From NCBI GenBank assembly GCA_030264375.1, contig JASCQW010000130.1, positions 17,588,696 to 17,652,695 of the forward strand: a DNA stretch of 64,000 bases. Direction: 5' to 3'. Shown here piece after piece: positions 51,090 through 61,635 of this stretch (its first letter is position 1; the number at the start of each line of letters is the position of its first letter). This DNA comes from Carcharhinus longimanus (lineage: Eukaryota). Made by a program: the position numbers and the translations under genes. The notes under the pieces are model-generated. The model searched no databases. It was not told the origin of the DNA and worked only from the letters and a program-made list of their open reading frames with translations.

Positions 51090-51676
51090 ACCTTCCAATC
51101 CACCCCAGGGAGATTAAAATCTCCCACTACAACAACCCTGTTCTTCCTACACTTATCCAAAATGTCCCTACATATACCCTCTTCCACTGCCCGCGGGCTA
51201 TCGGGCGGCCTATAGTACACTCCTAGCATAGTAATGGCCCCCTTCCTATTCCTCAACTCCACCCACAGAGACTCAATTTCCAACCCCTCCATGTTATCCT
51301 CCCTCTGCACCGCTGTGATCTGCTCCCTAACTAAGAGCGCCACTCCCCCTCCTCTTTTCAACCCTCCCCTATCACGCCTAAAACACTTATACCCTGGAAT
51401 ATTTAGCTGCCAGTCCTGCCCCTCCTTTAACCACGTCTCTGTCACTGCCACCACATCTAAATTCCTCGCGAACATCAAGGCCCTAAGTTCATCCGACTTT
51501 CCCGTCACACTCCTCGCATTAAAACAGATGCACCTAAGACCCTCAGGCCCTCTCGGATCCTCCTTCTCCTGGGGGATTTTCCTATCATCTAGACTTACCC
51601 TGACCTCCAACTCACTCCCAGTGCCTGAGCTGTCTCTCTCCTCCCCACCCCCCCTCCATACTAGTTTAAACCCTGC
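51090..51676 (-). CDS. LINE ORF2 N-terminus, APE-type endonuclease (no initiator ATG; truncated by gap)
   Basis: Motifs CFNARS, VAVTETWL, GGGVALLV, GVYYRPP and VVGDFN. The frame is open from 51676 (stop at 51679-51677) to the gap. Confidence 0.9.
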
Positions 51677-52560
51677 CTAAACACTCCAGCCAACCTCCCA
51701 GCTAAAATATGTGTCCCCTTCCCATTTAAGTGTTCCCTATCCCTCTTATACAAGTGCCCTTCCTTTGCAAAGACTTCCCAATGGTCAACAAAACTAAAAC
51801 CCTCTGTCCTGCACCAATCCCTCAGCCACGCATTCAGCTGCAGGATCTCATTATTCTTATCCCTGCTATTGCTGGGCACTGGCAGCAGCCCAGAGATCGC
51901 CACCCTGGAGGCCCTACACTTCAGCCTGGCTCCCAACTCCCTGAACTGCGTACGTATTTCCCCCCTACTCTTCCTTCCTATGTCCTTCTCTCCTACATGT
52001 ATAATTACATCCGCCTGGGTCCCTTGGCCCTTCAAGATTCCCTCTACCCTCTCCGACACATCCTGTACCCCAGCTCCAGGGAGGCAGACCACCATCCTGG
52101 AGTCCCGCTTTTGCCCACAGAACCGCCTATCAATTCCTCTAACCATCCCATCCCCCAGCACTATCTCACATCCCGCCCCTTTCCTTCCCTCTGAGGCATT
52201 TTCCTCTTCTCCTCGTGCCCTTTCCACCTCAGTTGGTGCCTTACCCCTGATATCTTGAGAGACTGCCCCTGGGGTAGCCTTTACTCCTCTTCTTTTTCCC
52301 CTTCCTAACTGTAACCCACCCATCCCCCTCCTAGGATCTGGGATCCCCTCTTGAACGTGGTTCCTATTCATTAGCGCCTCATTTTCCCTGACTAAAAATA
52401 AATCCTCCAGCCTCAGCTCCAGTTGCCTAACCCGGGCCCTCAAACGCTGCAACTCCAGATATTTGGTGCAGATGTGGACTCGCCGGAGATGCTGTGTCTC
52501 CAGGAACTCCCACATATTGCACCTTACACAGCTGACACGTCTCCCCATGGACTCTGCCAT
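51661..52560 (-). CDS. LINE ORF1p: Zn-finger/leucine zipper plus SGNH-esterase-like domain (299 aa)
   Basis: N-terminal CxxC..CTKY and heptad leucines (LELQRLRARVRQLELRLEDL). VLGDGMVRG, CLPGA, HVGEKD and DREHLN blocks match the CR1 ORF1 esterase fold. Confidence 0.9.
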   Translation of the reverse strand: MAESMGRRVSCVRCNMWEFLETQHLRRVHICTKYLELQRLRARVRQLELRLEDLFLVRENEALMNRNHVQEGIPDPRRGMGGLQLGRGKRRGVKATPGAVSQDIRGKAPTEVERARGEEENASEGRKGAGCEIVLGDGMVRGIDRRFCGQKRDSRMVVCLPGAGVQDVSERVEGILKGQGTQADVIIHVGEKDIGRKSRGEIRTQFRELGARLKCRASRVAISGLLPVPSNSRDKNNEILQLNAWLRDWCRTEGFSFVDHWEVFAKEGHLYKRDREHLNGKGTHILAGRLAGVFRQGLN

Positions 52561-52718
52561 TTATTTGACCACCCTTAAACTTATGGACACAGTTGGAAAA
52601 ATTTGACCAGTATCTCACCTTGCCTAAGCCTGCCTCGCCTAAGCCTTGTGAGCCAAAGCCCTCGCAGCACTCACTCAGCACCTGCCTCACTCCGCTGCCC
52701 GCTGTCTACTGTGGCCTT

Positions 52719-53104
52719 GTTTTTGTACTCCTGCGCTCCCTTCCCAACTGCCCTTGCACCTAGGACCCGCTACGGAAAGCGCAAAATGCAAAAAAACCCG
52801 CGAACCAGCAATGCAATTGAGAAAAAAATCAGTACACTCGCAGTTTAGACTCACCAGCCACCAGTACACTGCTCCGGAGAACAATGAGACTGATCCTCGG
52901 GTGAGTACCTGTTTTGTACTCCCGCGCTCCCTTCCCGACTGCCCTTGCGCCTAGGTCCCACTACGGAAAGCACAAACTACAAAAAAACTCCACGAACCGG
53001 CAATGCAATTGAAAATAATAGCACACTCGCAGTTCAGACTCACCAGCCACCAGTACACTGCTCCGGACAACAATGAGGTACGCTGCTCTGGAGAACAATG
53101 AGAC
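52719..53104 (-). repeat. Tandem repeat of about 191-nt period in the LINE 5' UTR (two units plus a partial 26-nt sub-repeat)
   Basis: 52719-52888 and 52911-53077 align directly (gtactcc.gcgctcccttccc...ctacggaaagc...gactcaccagccaccagtacactgctccgga.aacaatgag). Confidence 0.92.
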
Positions 53105-54459
53105 AATATGACAAGAACATCCTTCCTCTGGTCAGGACATGAAACTGCAAACAGTACCCCAGATGTGGCCTCATCAATGCCCTATACAATTGCAGCAAAG
53201 CATCCCTATCCCTATGCTCAAATCCTCTTGCTATGAAGCCGACATACCATTTACTTCTTTACTGCCTGCTGTACCTGCGTGCTTACTTTCAACGACTGAT
53301 GCACGAGGACTCCAAGATGGCGTTGAGTATCCACCTCTCTCAATTTGCATCCATTCAAATAATTATCTGTCATTATTGCTACCAAAATGGATAACCTTAC
53401 ATGATAATTACATAATATTGTGTTTGCCAGTTAGATTCACAGAAACATTATTAAACCAAGTTTGAACCTGAACCACAAGGAAATATGAGGTCAAGTGGTC
53501 AGAGGGCAGATTTTGAGGAGTGTATTGAAAAGAGGATGATACGGTAGGGAGGCTCAGAGAGGAAATTCCAGAGCTTCAGACCGAGGCAGTTGATGGTACA
53601 GCTGCAAATGGTGGACTGATTAAAATCCAGGATGTGAAGTGACAAGACCATGCAGGGTTTTGAAAACACGGGTGGGAAAATTAAAATTGAGACATTGCCT
53701 GTACTGTATGTTACTACAGTATGATATTTCAAATGCTAAGATTTGGGTTTATTGCACTTAATTTATGGAATTTGTTATAACATACGAATTAGGAGTAGGC
53801 CAATTGGTCCCTGTAGCCTGCTTTGCGTTCAAAATCACAGCTGATCTGAGCTCAACCCCACATTCCTACCTACCCTAAATATAAACATAAACCTATGATA
53901 TTATGGAACCATGTATGGAAATCAAGACTGTGAAGAAATTCTAGATTTTCTGACAATCCTCTGCATACATTAACTGCAAAATATTCACTTCTTTCTTGGC
54001 ACAGTATTATTATGCTGTTGCTTTTGAAAGCCTGCTTGGGAACAGGTTGTTCAACAAACCAAGCTGTTTCAACATTTGCCAGGTTGAGCAGATGATGAGT
54101 GTGATTCCATGATCAATTATCTCAACAGGTGACCATGCTTACAGGAGACATCGATAATATGCAGCCTTATTTAGAACATAGAAAACCACAGCACAAACAA
54201 GAGGTTATTGCTGACCTCTTTTCTGTGAGCACAAGATCTTGGCATTGCATCTACTGTTTTAAGCATCTTTAAGATTGTTTGAGGCATCTTTGCCTGCCAG
54301 ATAATGCACCGCTCTGATGTGTAACAATGAATTCAAAATTCTTTTACAACTCTAGTTTCCTAACAATACATATAATCTAGAAATGCAATTTCTTTTGCAA
54401 ATCATCTGATCATGAACAAAATAATATTTTGAGTTTTGTGGATTTTTTTTGTTTTCTAG

Positions 54460-54700
54460 ATGATCTTCCAGAATTGAAAGCTGTAGAGACTGATAGAGCC
54501 ATACCTGCAGCTTTCCAACTTAGCAGCGGAGTGTCTCATCAAGAATGCCTAAGGTCTACTCGAACCACGTGTACATCTAGATCATCTGATAGTGCCTTGC
54601 CGCCTTTCACTAGTGAATCTGGTGTGAATTGGCTCACTGAACTGGCTAATATAGCCACAAGTCCACAAAGTCCTCTCATGCAGTGCACGTTTTACAACAG
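54460..54700 (+). CDS. HBP1: HBP1 exon 3
   Basis: ttttctAG / AG|GTATAT, 241 nt. Encodes DDLPELKAV...VNWLTELANIATSPQSPLMQCTFYNR. Confidence 0.96.
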
Positions 54701-55219
54701 GTATATGTATATAGCATTTCAGTCAGTCATTGGGATTGAAGATACAAGAATATTGCTATTGAACATAATTGTCAGCACTAAATGTCAGTGTGCACAATGC
54801 ATACTTGGCATGTTATTTCTCCACTATTTCTCACCTTTGAGCATTTTGCTTTTTTTTGTTAATTTCTGACCATTCTTCCAAATTGTTTNNNNNNNNNNTG
54901 TTATTTGTAGCAAAATGTGAATGTTATAAGTACCAATATTGTATATGGAGTACAAATCAAGAACTAATGGGGGCTTTTCAGAAAGTACTGCAATAATCGT
55001 GAGAGCTTTTAATTCTCATAAAGAATAGACAAACCTAATTGGCAAAGGTAATCTGGAGGTTGAGGTTATCATGTTTTCAACACAGTTTGTTAGAACATTA
55101 TGTTCTGGAGCCAATTACAATAGGATATATTATAATGAGACAGGATTAAATAGTGACCTCAGTAAAGGAGCCACTAAGAGTGATGATTGTACGACAGAAT
55201 TTCATATTTCATTTGAGGG

Positions 55220-56675
55220 TGAGAAATTTGGGTATGAAACAGTTATCAAACTTTAAGCAATTATAAATGTATGGAGTCAGAGTTGGCTGAAGTGGGCTGC
55301 AGAATAGGTTAAAAGGTAAGATGTAGAAAAACGATGGAAGATGGTTGCATAGATATTTCATACCTCTCAAAGAGATGTATTCCATTGAGAAAGAAAGACC
55401 ATGAGAAGAATCCACCATCCGTGACTACAAAGGAAGTTAAGGATGATATGAAATTAAAAGAAAATTTGTACAGTGCTGTAAAGATTAATGGTAGGTCAGA
55501 AGATTGGGAAAGTTTCAGAAATCAACAAAGAATGACTAAAAAAAGAGTAATAATGAGGGAGAAATTTGAGCCTGGGGGAAAACTTGCAAGAAATATAACA
55601 AACAGTAAAAACTTCTACAAGGATTAAAAAAAGGAAAATCATGGCTAAAGGGAACATTGGTATTTTGTAGGTAAGGCTGGGGATTATTAATGGGAAGCAG
55701 GGAAATAGCAGAGACTTTGATTAATATTTTGCATCTGTCTTCACAGTAGAAAATACAAAATGCATCCCCAGAAAAGTAGAAATACAGGAAGGAAAAGGGA
55801 GGAAGGAATGTAAAACTTTCAGGACCGGTAGAGGAAAAGTACTAGGAAAACTAAAGATTGACATGTCCTCTGGATCTGATGGCCTACACCCTAGTATCCT
55901 AGAGATAGTGGATGTACTATCTCTCAACTATTAACAATATATATTAATGACTTGGATAAAGACTGTATTGTGGCCAATGTAAAGATAGGTAGGAGAGCAA
56001 ATTATGATGAGGATAGAAAGAGCCTGCAAGGGGATATAGATAGGATAAGTCAGTTAGCAGAAGTTTGACAGATGGAGTGTAATATGGGAAAATGTGAAGT
56101 GGTCAACTTTGACAGGAAGAATTGGAAAGCAGAGAATTATTTAGATGGAGAGAAACTGCCAAATGCTCTGATACAGAGGGATCCAAATAATCTTGTACAT
56201 AAATCATAACAAGTTAGCATGCAGATACAGCAAGTAATAAGGCATCTGGACTATTAGCCTTTGATTGCAAGGGGGGGGGGGCGTGGAGTATAAATTAGGG
56301 AAGTTTTGCTACAACTGTTCTACATCTTACCTAGAGTCCCATACCTGGAGTTCCATGAACAGTCCTGGTTTCCTTACTTAAGGAGGGATTGGAAGCAGTT
56401 CAAAGAAAGTTCACCAGGCTGATTCCTGGGATGAAGGGTCTCGTTTGGAAGAACGATATGTGATCTTTTTGAAACATCAAGATTCTGAGGGGGGTTTAGA
56501 GGGGTAAATGCTGAGGGGATGTTTTGCCTTGTGGAAATCTAGAACTAGAGGTTTCCCTTGAAGATGGAGATGAGGAGGATTTTTTTTTCTTGCGAGTTGT
56601 TGCTGGATCACTGAATATATTCAAGTCTGAATTAGCCAGATTTTGGATTGACAAGGGGGTCAAGGGTTATGGGAT
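55220..56675 (+). mobile_element. Decayed CR1 LINE ORF2/3' fragments
   Basis: EDWESFRNQQRMTKK..KLARNITNSKNFYK; typical CR1 3' region. Confidence 0.75.
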
Positions 56676-56714
56676 GTTAATGTGGCATTTCAGCGATGGT
56701 AATATGATTGGATG

Positions 56715-58700
56715 TCGAGAGGAGATCATTGGATTCTCTAGTTGGAGGTGGTCATTGCCTGGCACCTCTAGTGTGAATGGTATTTGTCACTTATCAGTGT
56801 AAGCTTAAATGTTGTCCAGGTCTTGCTCCATCTGGCAATGACTGCTTCAATATCTGAGGAATTGAGACTAGTACTGAGCATTGTACAATTATCAGCAAAC
56901 GTCACTACTGAAGGGAAGGTCATTGATGAAGCAGTTGAAGCTGGCTTGGCCCAAGACACTACCTTGAAAAACTCCTGCAGTGATGTGCTGGATTTGAGAT
57001 GATTGACCTTCAACAACCATAATCATCTTCCTTTGTACTAGGAATGACTCCAACCAATGGCAAGTTTTCCTTCTTATTCCCATTGATTCCAGTTTTGTGG
57101 GCTCCTTGATACCACACACAGTCAATTGCAGCTCTGACTCAAGGATAGTCACAGTCTCGTGAATTCTGCTCTTTTGTCCATATTTGCTGAGTGGAGCTGA
57201 ATAGCCTTGGTGGAACCCGAACTGAATGACAGCAGGTTATTGCTAAACAAGTTCTGCTTGATAGTACTGGATGATCAGCTCACTAGAATAGATTAATGGG
57301 CAATAGTTGGCTGGGATGGATTAGTCCTGCTGTCTTTGGGCGGACGCACCAGGGCATCTTTCCACATTGGTGGGTAAATGCCAATTTTATAGCTGTACTC
57401 AAACAGCTTGGCTAAGGGCGCACCTAATTCTGGAGTACAAGTCTCCAGTACTATTGCTGGAACCCATGACCTTTGCAGTGTCCAGTTGCTTTGGCCATTT
57501 TTGATGTCATGTGGAGTGCATCACTTTGGCTGAAGACTGGCATCTGTGATGCTGTGGACCTTGGGAGAAGACTGAGATGGATCATCCCCACCATGTTTCT
57601 GGCTGAGGATTGTTGCAAATGTTTCCACCTTGCCTTTTGCCTGTGCTGTGCTCTCCCATCCTCTTGTAGTCTTATTGTCCACCACCATTCATGACTGGAT
57701 GTGGCAGGACTACAGAGCTTAGGCCTGAACCATCCATTGTGGAACTGCTTAACTCTGTCATACTCTACTTCCCCTATTTGGCATACAGGTAGTTAGTCCT
57801 GTGCTGTAGCTTCAGTAGGTTGATGCCTCATTTTTAGCTATACCTGGTGCAGCTCCTGACATGTCCTACTGATTCTTCATTGAGCCAGAGTTAACTTGTT
57901 GACTTGCGTAGAGTAGGCTATGCTAGGCCATGAGGTTACAGATTGTAGTTGTATACAATAATTGTTGCTACTGATGACCTGCAGTGCTTTGTCCAGTTTT
58001 GAGTTCCGCCAGCTGTTCAAAATTTGTCACATTTGGCATTTTAATAGTGCCATACGACACAATGGAGGGGTGAAGCTGGGACTTCCTCTCTTCAAGGACT
58101 GTGCAGTGGTCACTTGTTATGGACAGATGCGCCAGATAGAATGGTGAACCCAATGGTCAAGGGACAAGGGTATTCTTTCTTGGTTACCTCACTATCTCAT
58201 ACCTGCCACAGTCTAGCAGCTATGCCTTTTACTGACCTAGCTGGCCAAGTCTCAGTTGTGCTACTGAGCCACTCATGCTGATGCACATTCCTGCCCAGAG
58301 TACATTCTGTGTCCTTGCCCTCCTCGGTACTTCCTCCAAGCCATGTTTAACATGGAAGCATCCTAATTTATCAGCTAAGGCTGGAGAGGCAGTACATGGG
58401 AACCAGTAGGTTTCCCTGTCCATGTTTGATCTGATGCCGTGATTTCATGGGGTCCAGAATCAATGTTGAGAAATCCCTGGACCGCTCCCAACTGTATACT
58501 ACTATGTCGCCACTTCTGCTGGGTCTGTCCTGTCAGTGGGGCAGGACGTACCAAAGAATGGTAATGGTGGTGTCTGTGGCATCGTCTGCAAGGTATGATT
58601 CCATCAGTATGACTATGTTTGATTGTTGCTTGACTAGTTGTGGGACAGCTCTCAAGATTTTGACACAAGCTTCCAGATGTTGTTAAGGAGGACCTTGCCA
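56715..58700 (-). mobile_element. Decayed CR1-like LINE ORF2 fragment (same family as 1770-2660)
   Basis: KLESMGIRRKTCHWLESFL...GVFQGSVLG..SFNCFINDLP, TFADNCT; many frameshifts. Confidence 0.8.
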
Positions 58701-58749
58701 TTGTCGTTCCCAGTGCTAGGTCCGTGTTGGCTTGGTTTTTGCAGTTGTT

Positions 58750-60197
58750 GGTTGAAATCTTTTGTAACTCACTAGATTCTGGGAAGATATCAGAGGATTA
58801 GAAATAGTGACTCCCTTGTTCAAAAAGGGACAAAGGCAGAGAATTATAGGCCAATTAGTTTAACATCTACTATTGGCAAGGTGCTAGTGTCAATAATCAA
58901 AGAGGAAATAACTAATCATTTAGAAAAGCTGAATATAATCAAACCTAGTCAATATGATTCTATGAAAGGTAAATCATGTTTGACAGATTTGCTCAACTTC
59001 TTTGAGGATGTAGTGTATTTAAATTTCCAAAACGCATCTGATAAGGTGCCGCATAAGAGGCTGGTTCATCAAGTAAAAGCCCATGGAATTGGAAGAAGTG
59101 CGTTGGCATGGATTGAAAACTGGCTGACACATACAAAAGAGAGAGTTTGGAATCAGTGGGTTCTTTTCAGAGTGGAACGATGTAATTAGTGGAGTACTGC
59201 AGGGATCAGTTCTTGGGCCCAATTGTTCACTATTTACATAATAACCTGGAGGAAGGAACAGAATGTAAGTTTTCCAAATTTGCCGATGGTACGAAGATAG
59301 GTGGAAGGGCATATTGTGATGAGGATATTGTGATTTTGCAATAGGATATAGATAGATTGGGTGACTAGGTGAAAACTTGGCAAATGGAGTTTAATTTGGG
59401 AAGTGTGAAGTCATGCACTTCAGTAGGAGGAATCAAAAGGCAGACTATTATCTAAATGGAGAGAGACTACAGATGAGCAAAGTACAGAGGGATCTAGGTG
59501 TTCTAGTGCATAAATCACAAAAAGCAATCAGGCAAGTCCAACAAGTAGTTTAGAATGCAAGTTGCATTTTGGCCTAGATTGCAAAGGGATTGGAGTTTAA
59601 AAATAGGAATATTTTGTTGCAGTTGTACATGTTGGTGAGGTCTCACCTGGAATACTGAGTACAGTTTGGTCCCCTCACCTGAAAAAAAGGATGTACTAAC
59701 ATTGGACAAAGGAGATTTGTCAGGCTAATTCCTGGGATGAGGGGGTTATTCAATCAAACAAGATTAAATAGTCTGGATCTGTATTTCTTGGAGATTAGAA
59801 GAGTGAGGGGTGACCTTATTCAAACATATAAGATCCTTAGGGGGTAGATGGTAAGATGTTTATCGTTAGTAGGAGAGTCTCGAAGAAGGGGACATAGCTT
59901 CAAGATAAAGGCTGGTATTTAAAACGGAAGTGCGTAGAAATTTCTTCTTGCAGAAGGTGGTGAATCTCTGGAATTCTGTACCCCGNNNNNNNNNNCGAAG
60001 GCTAGTAGAGACTGGATCATTACAAACGTTTAAAGTGGCGGTGGATAAATATTTGATAATTTGAGGAATTGAGAGTAATGGGGAAATGGCACAGAAAAGG
60101 AGTTGAGGCCGGCATAGATCAGCCATGATTGTATTGAATGGTGGGGCAGGTTTGAAAGGTCTGTTAGCCTACTCCTGCTTCTATTTCTTGTGTTCTT
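58750..60197 (+). mobile_element. CR1 LINE RT region and 3' tail
   Basis: SMKGKSCLTDLLNFFED..VYLNFQNASDKVPHKRL..WIENWL; tail cctactcctgcttctatttcttgtgttctt. Confidence 0.85.
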
Positions 60198-60773
60198 GTG
60201 TTTAGTTCTAGGTCAGCTCTTAAGCTAGTTTTAAACTGTGGGTCTGAGAATCCAGTCGAGAAACTCTGGAATATATCTTGCCTCTCTTTTATACCCCTCC
60301 TGCACTTCTCCCCCATCAAGTTTCCAATGGAGTCACCTGAGACTGTAGGGGTGTTTTTCCATAATATCATGCAGCTTAGCACAGAGAAGACCTAAACTGA
60401 TCTTGCATTTCTCCCTGAAATAAGAAAGTAGATTTTGTTTTTTTGGAAAAAAAAGCCAGCTGAAATTTATTTTATTATAAAATTGGAAAATACTTTGAAT
60501 AAAAGCATTTATCCCCAATATTTCCAAATAAAAATTGTATAATTTTTAAAAATGTAAGGATCACAATTTTCTGATTAAAGCTACAGTTTCACTTTTTCCA
60601 AATGCCCCACTCTGGCCCACCTCACCTAGTAGCTTCACACTGTCCTAGTGTAGCTGTATTCATTTTAATGAAATTGTAAGTTTAGACCAATAAAATCTGG
60701 ATTATGTTTGTTCAAGAAAGTGTGCATGTTGTACGTTAATTTTCAACATATTGTTACATATATGTTTTTCCAG

Positions 60774-60906
60774 ATCTCCAATGCATATAGTGGCCACAAG
60801 TAAAAGTTTACATTCCTACGCTCGTCCTCCTCCAGATGTCTCAGAAAATGAAACTAACCTCTCCACAAGTCATTGGGAAGGACAGACCACTATAAAGCGA
60901 GAAAGG
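60774..60906 (+). CDS. HBP1: HBP1 exon 4
   Basis: tttttccAG / AGG|GTATGT, 133 nt. Encodes SPMHIVATSKSLHSYARPPP...IKRER. Confidence 0.96.
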
Positions 60907-61225
60907 GTATGTTTGTTTAACATTGTCAGACTTGATTTGTAAATATACGTGATTGTCTTGCCTGTATAGAAGAGAGACATGATAATGTTGTTAATATAAG
61001 TTTTTAATATTCATATTAGTTATAGCTCTACATATTATAATTCATCTGCATTATGCTGTCTGTGAAAGCTTTCTAATTTGAACTGAGAATTGATTTTATC
61101 CAGGAGCCAAAATACCTGGCAAATCAGTTGGAAGGGAAAGTACATAATATATACTTTCTCCATTTAATTAGTTTCAATTGTGGAGTTGGTGAAAGGATAA
61201 TATTTTTTGCCTTATTTTGCAACAG

Positions 61226-61337
61226 GCAAGCAGTGAATCAGAGTCAGACATCTTCTGTTTATCATCTCTGTCAGATGATGATGAACTTGGCTGGTCGCAT
61301 TCATGGCCACAAACGGCATGGAACTGCTTCATGAAAG
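61226..61337 (+). CDS. HBP1: HBP1 exon 5
   Basis: caacAG / AAG|GTAAGG, 112 nt. Encodes ASSESESDIFCLSSLSDDDELGWSHSWPQTAWNCFMK (start of the AXH domain). Confidence 0.96.
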
Positions 61338-61519
61338 GTAAGGCTTTATTTACAGTGATTCATTAAAGTTAAGAAGTTATGCATCAGAATGCTTGTATGA
61401 ATGGTATTGGACATGAAAATAGGTTATAATTTTAGCAACCACGGCATTTTTTTAATATTATACACAGTGTTCACTCCAGAGTTTCTACTTGTGTAATCTA
61501 GTTTTACTTGCTGTTCCAG

Positions 61520-61635
61520 GGACACGATTGCGCTTCCAGAAGGGTGAGGTTAGAGACTGGCAAGATGTTGAAGAATTTGCAAAACTGGAAATGAAGACTG
61601 AGGATGAAAAAGCTTTGAAAAACCACACACAAAAG
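61520..61635 (+). CDS. HBP1: HBP1 exon 6 (AXH domain)
   Basis: gttccAG / AAG|GTGATC, 116 nt. Encodes GTRLRFQKGEVRDWQDVEEFAK...HTQK. Confidence 0.95.

Larger units (their letters stand above)
50820..53106 (-). mobile_element. Young CR1-type LINE with 5' UTR, ORF1 and ORF2 start; middle lost in assembly gap
   Basis: Intact ORF1, uninterrupted ORF2 endonuclease up to the gap at 50990-51089, and a (TTCTTTG)-type tail at about 50820. TATGA on both sides (50815-50819, 53107-53111) interrupts an older LINE. Confidence 0.88.
50327..53400 (-). mobile_element. Older CR1-type LINE 3' fragment split by the young LINE (50327-50819 and 53107-53400)
   Basis: Tail atcatagaaacctagaaactagaagcaggagtagg; translated pieces LGLYLLEFRRVR.LIETYKIL. 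The sequence resumes seamlessly across the insertion (ctgtactccctgtatga|caagaacatccttcctc). Confidence 0.8.

Noticed and set aside
51612-51659. ATG immediately after the ORF1 stop as the ORF2 start by reinitiation
   Set aside because: As sequenced it is out of frame with ORF2 and terminates after 15 codons. It would only work if the G-run length is an error.
51234-52258. + strand ORFs of 129-154 aa
   Set aside because: Antisense shadows of the purine-rich LINE ORF1/ORF2.
52719-53104. Repeat-spacer appearance suggesting a CRISPR-like array
   Set aside because: Only two long units in a vertebrate LINE 5' UTR, with no unique spacers or cas genes.
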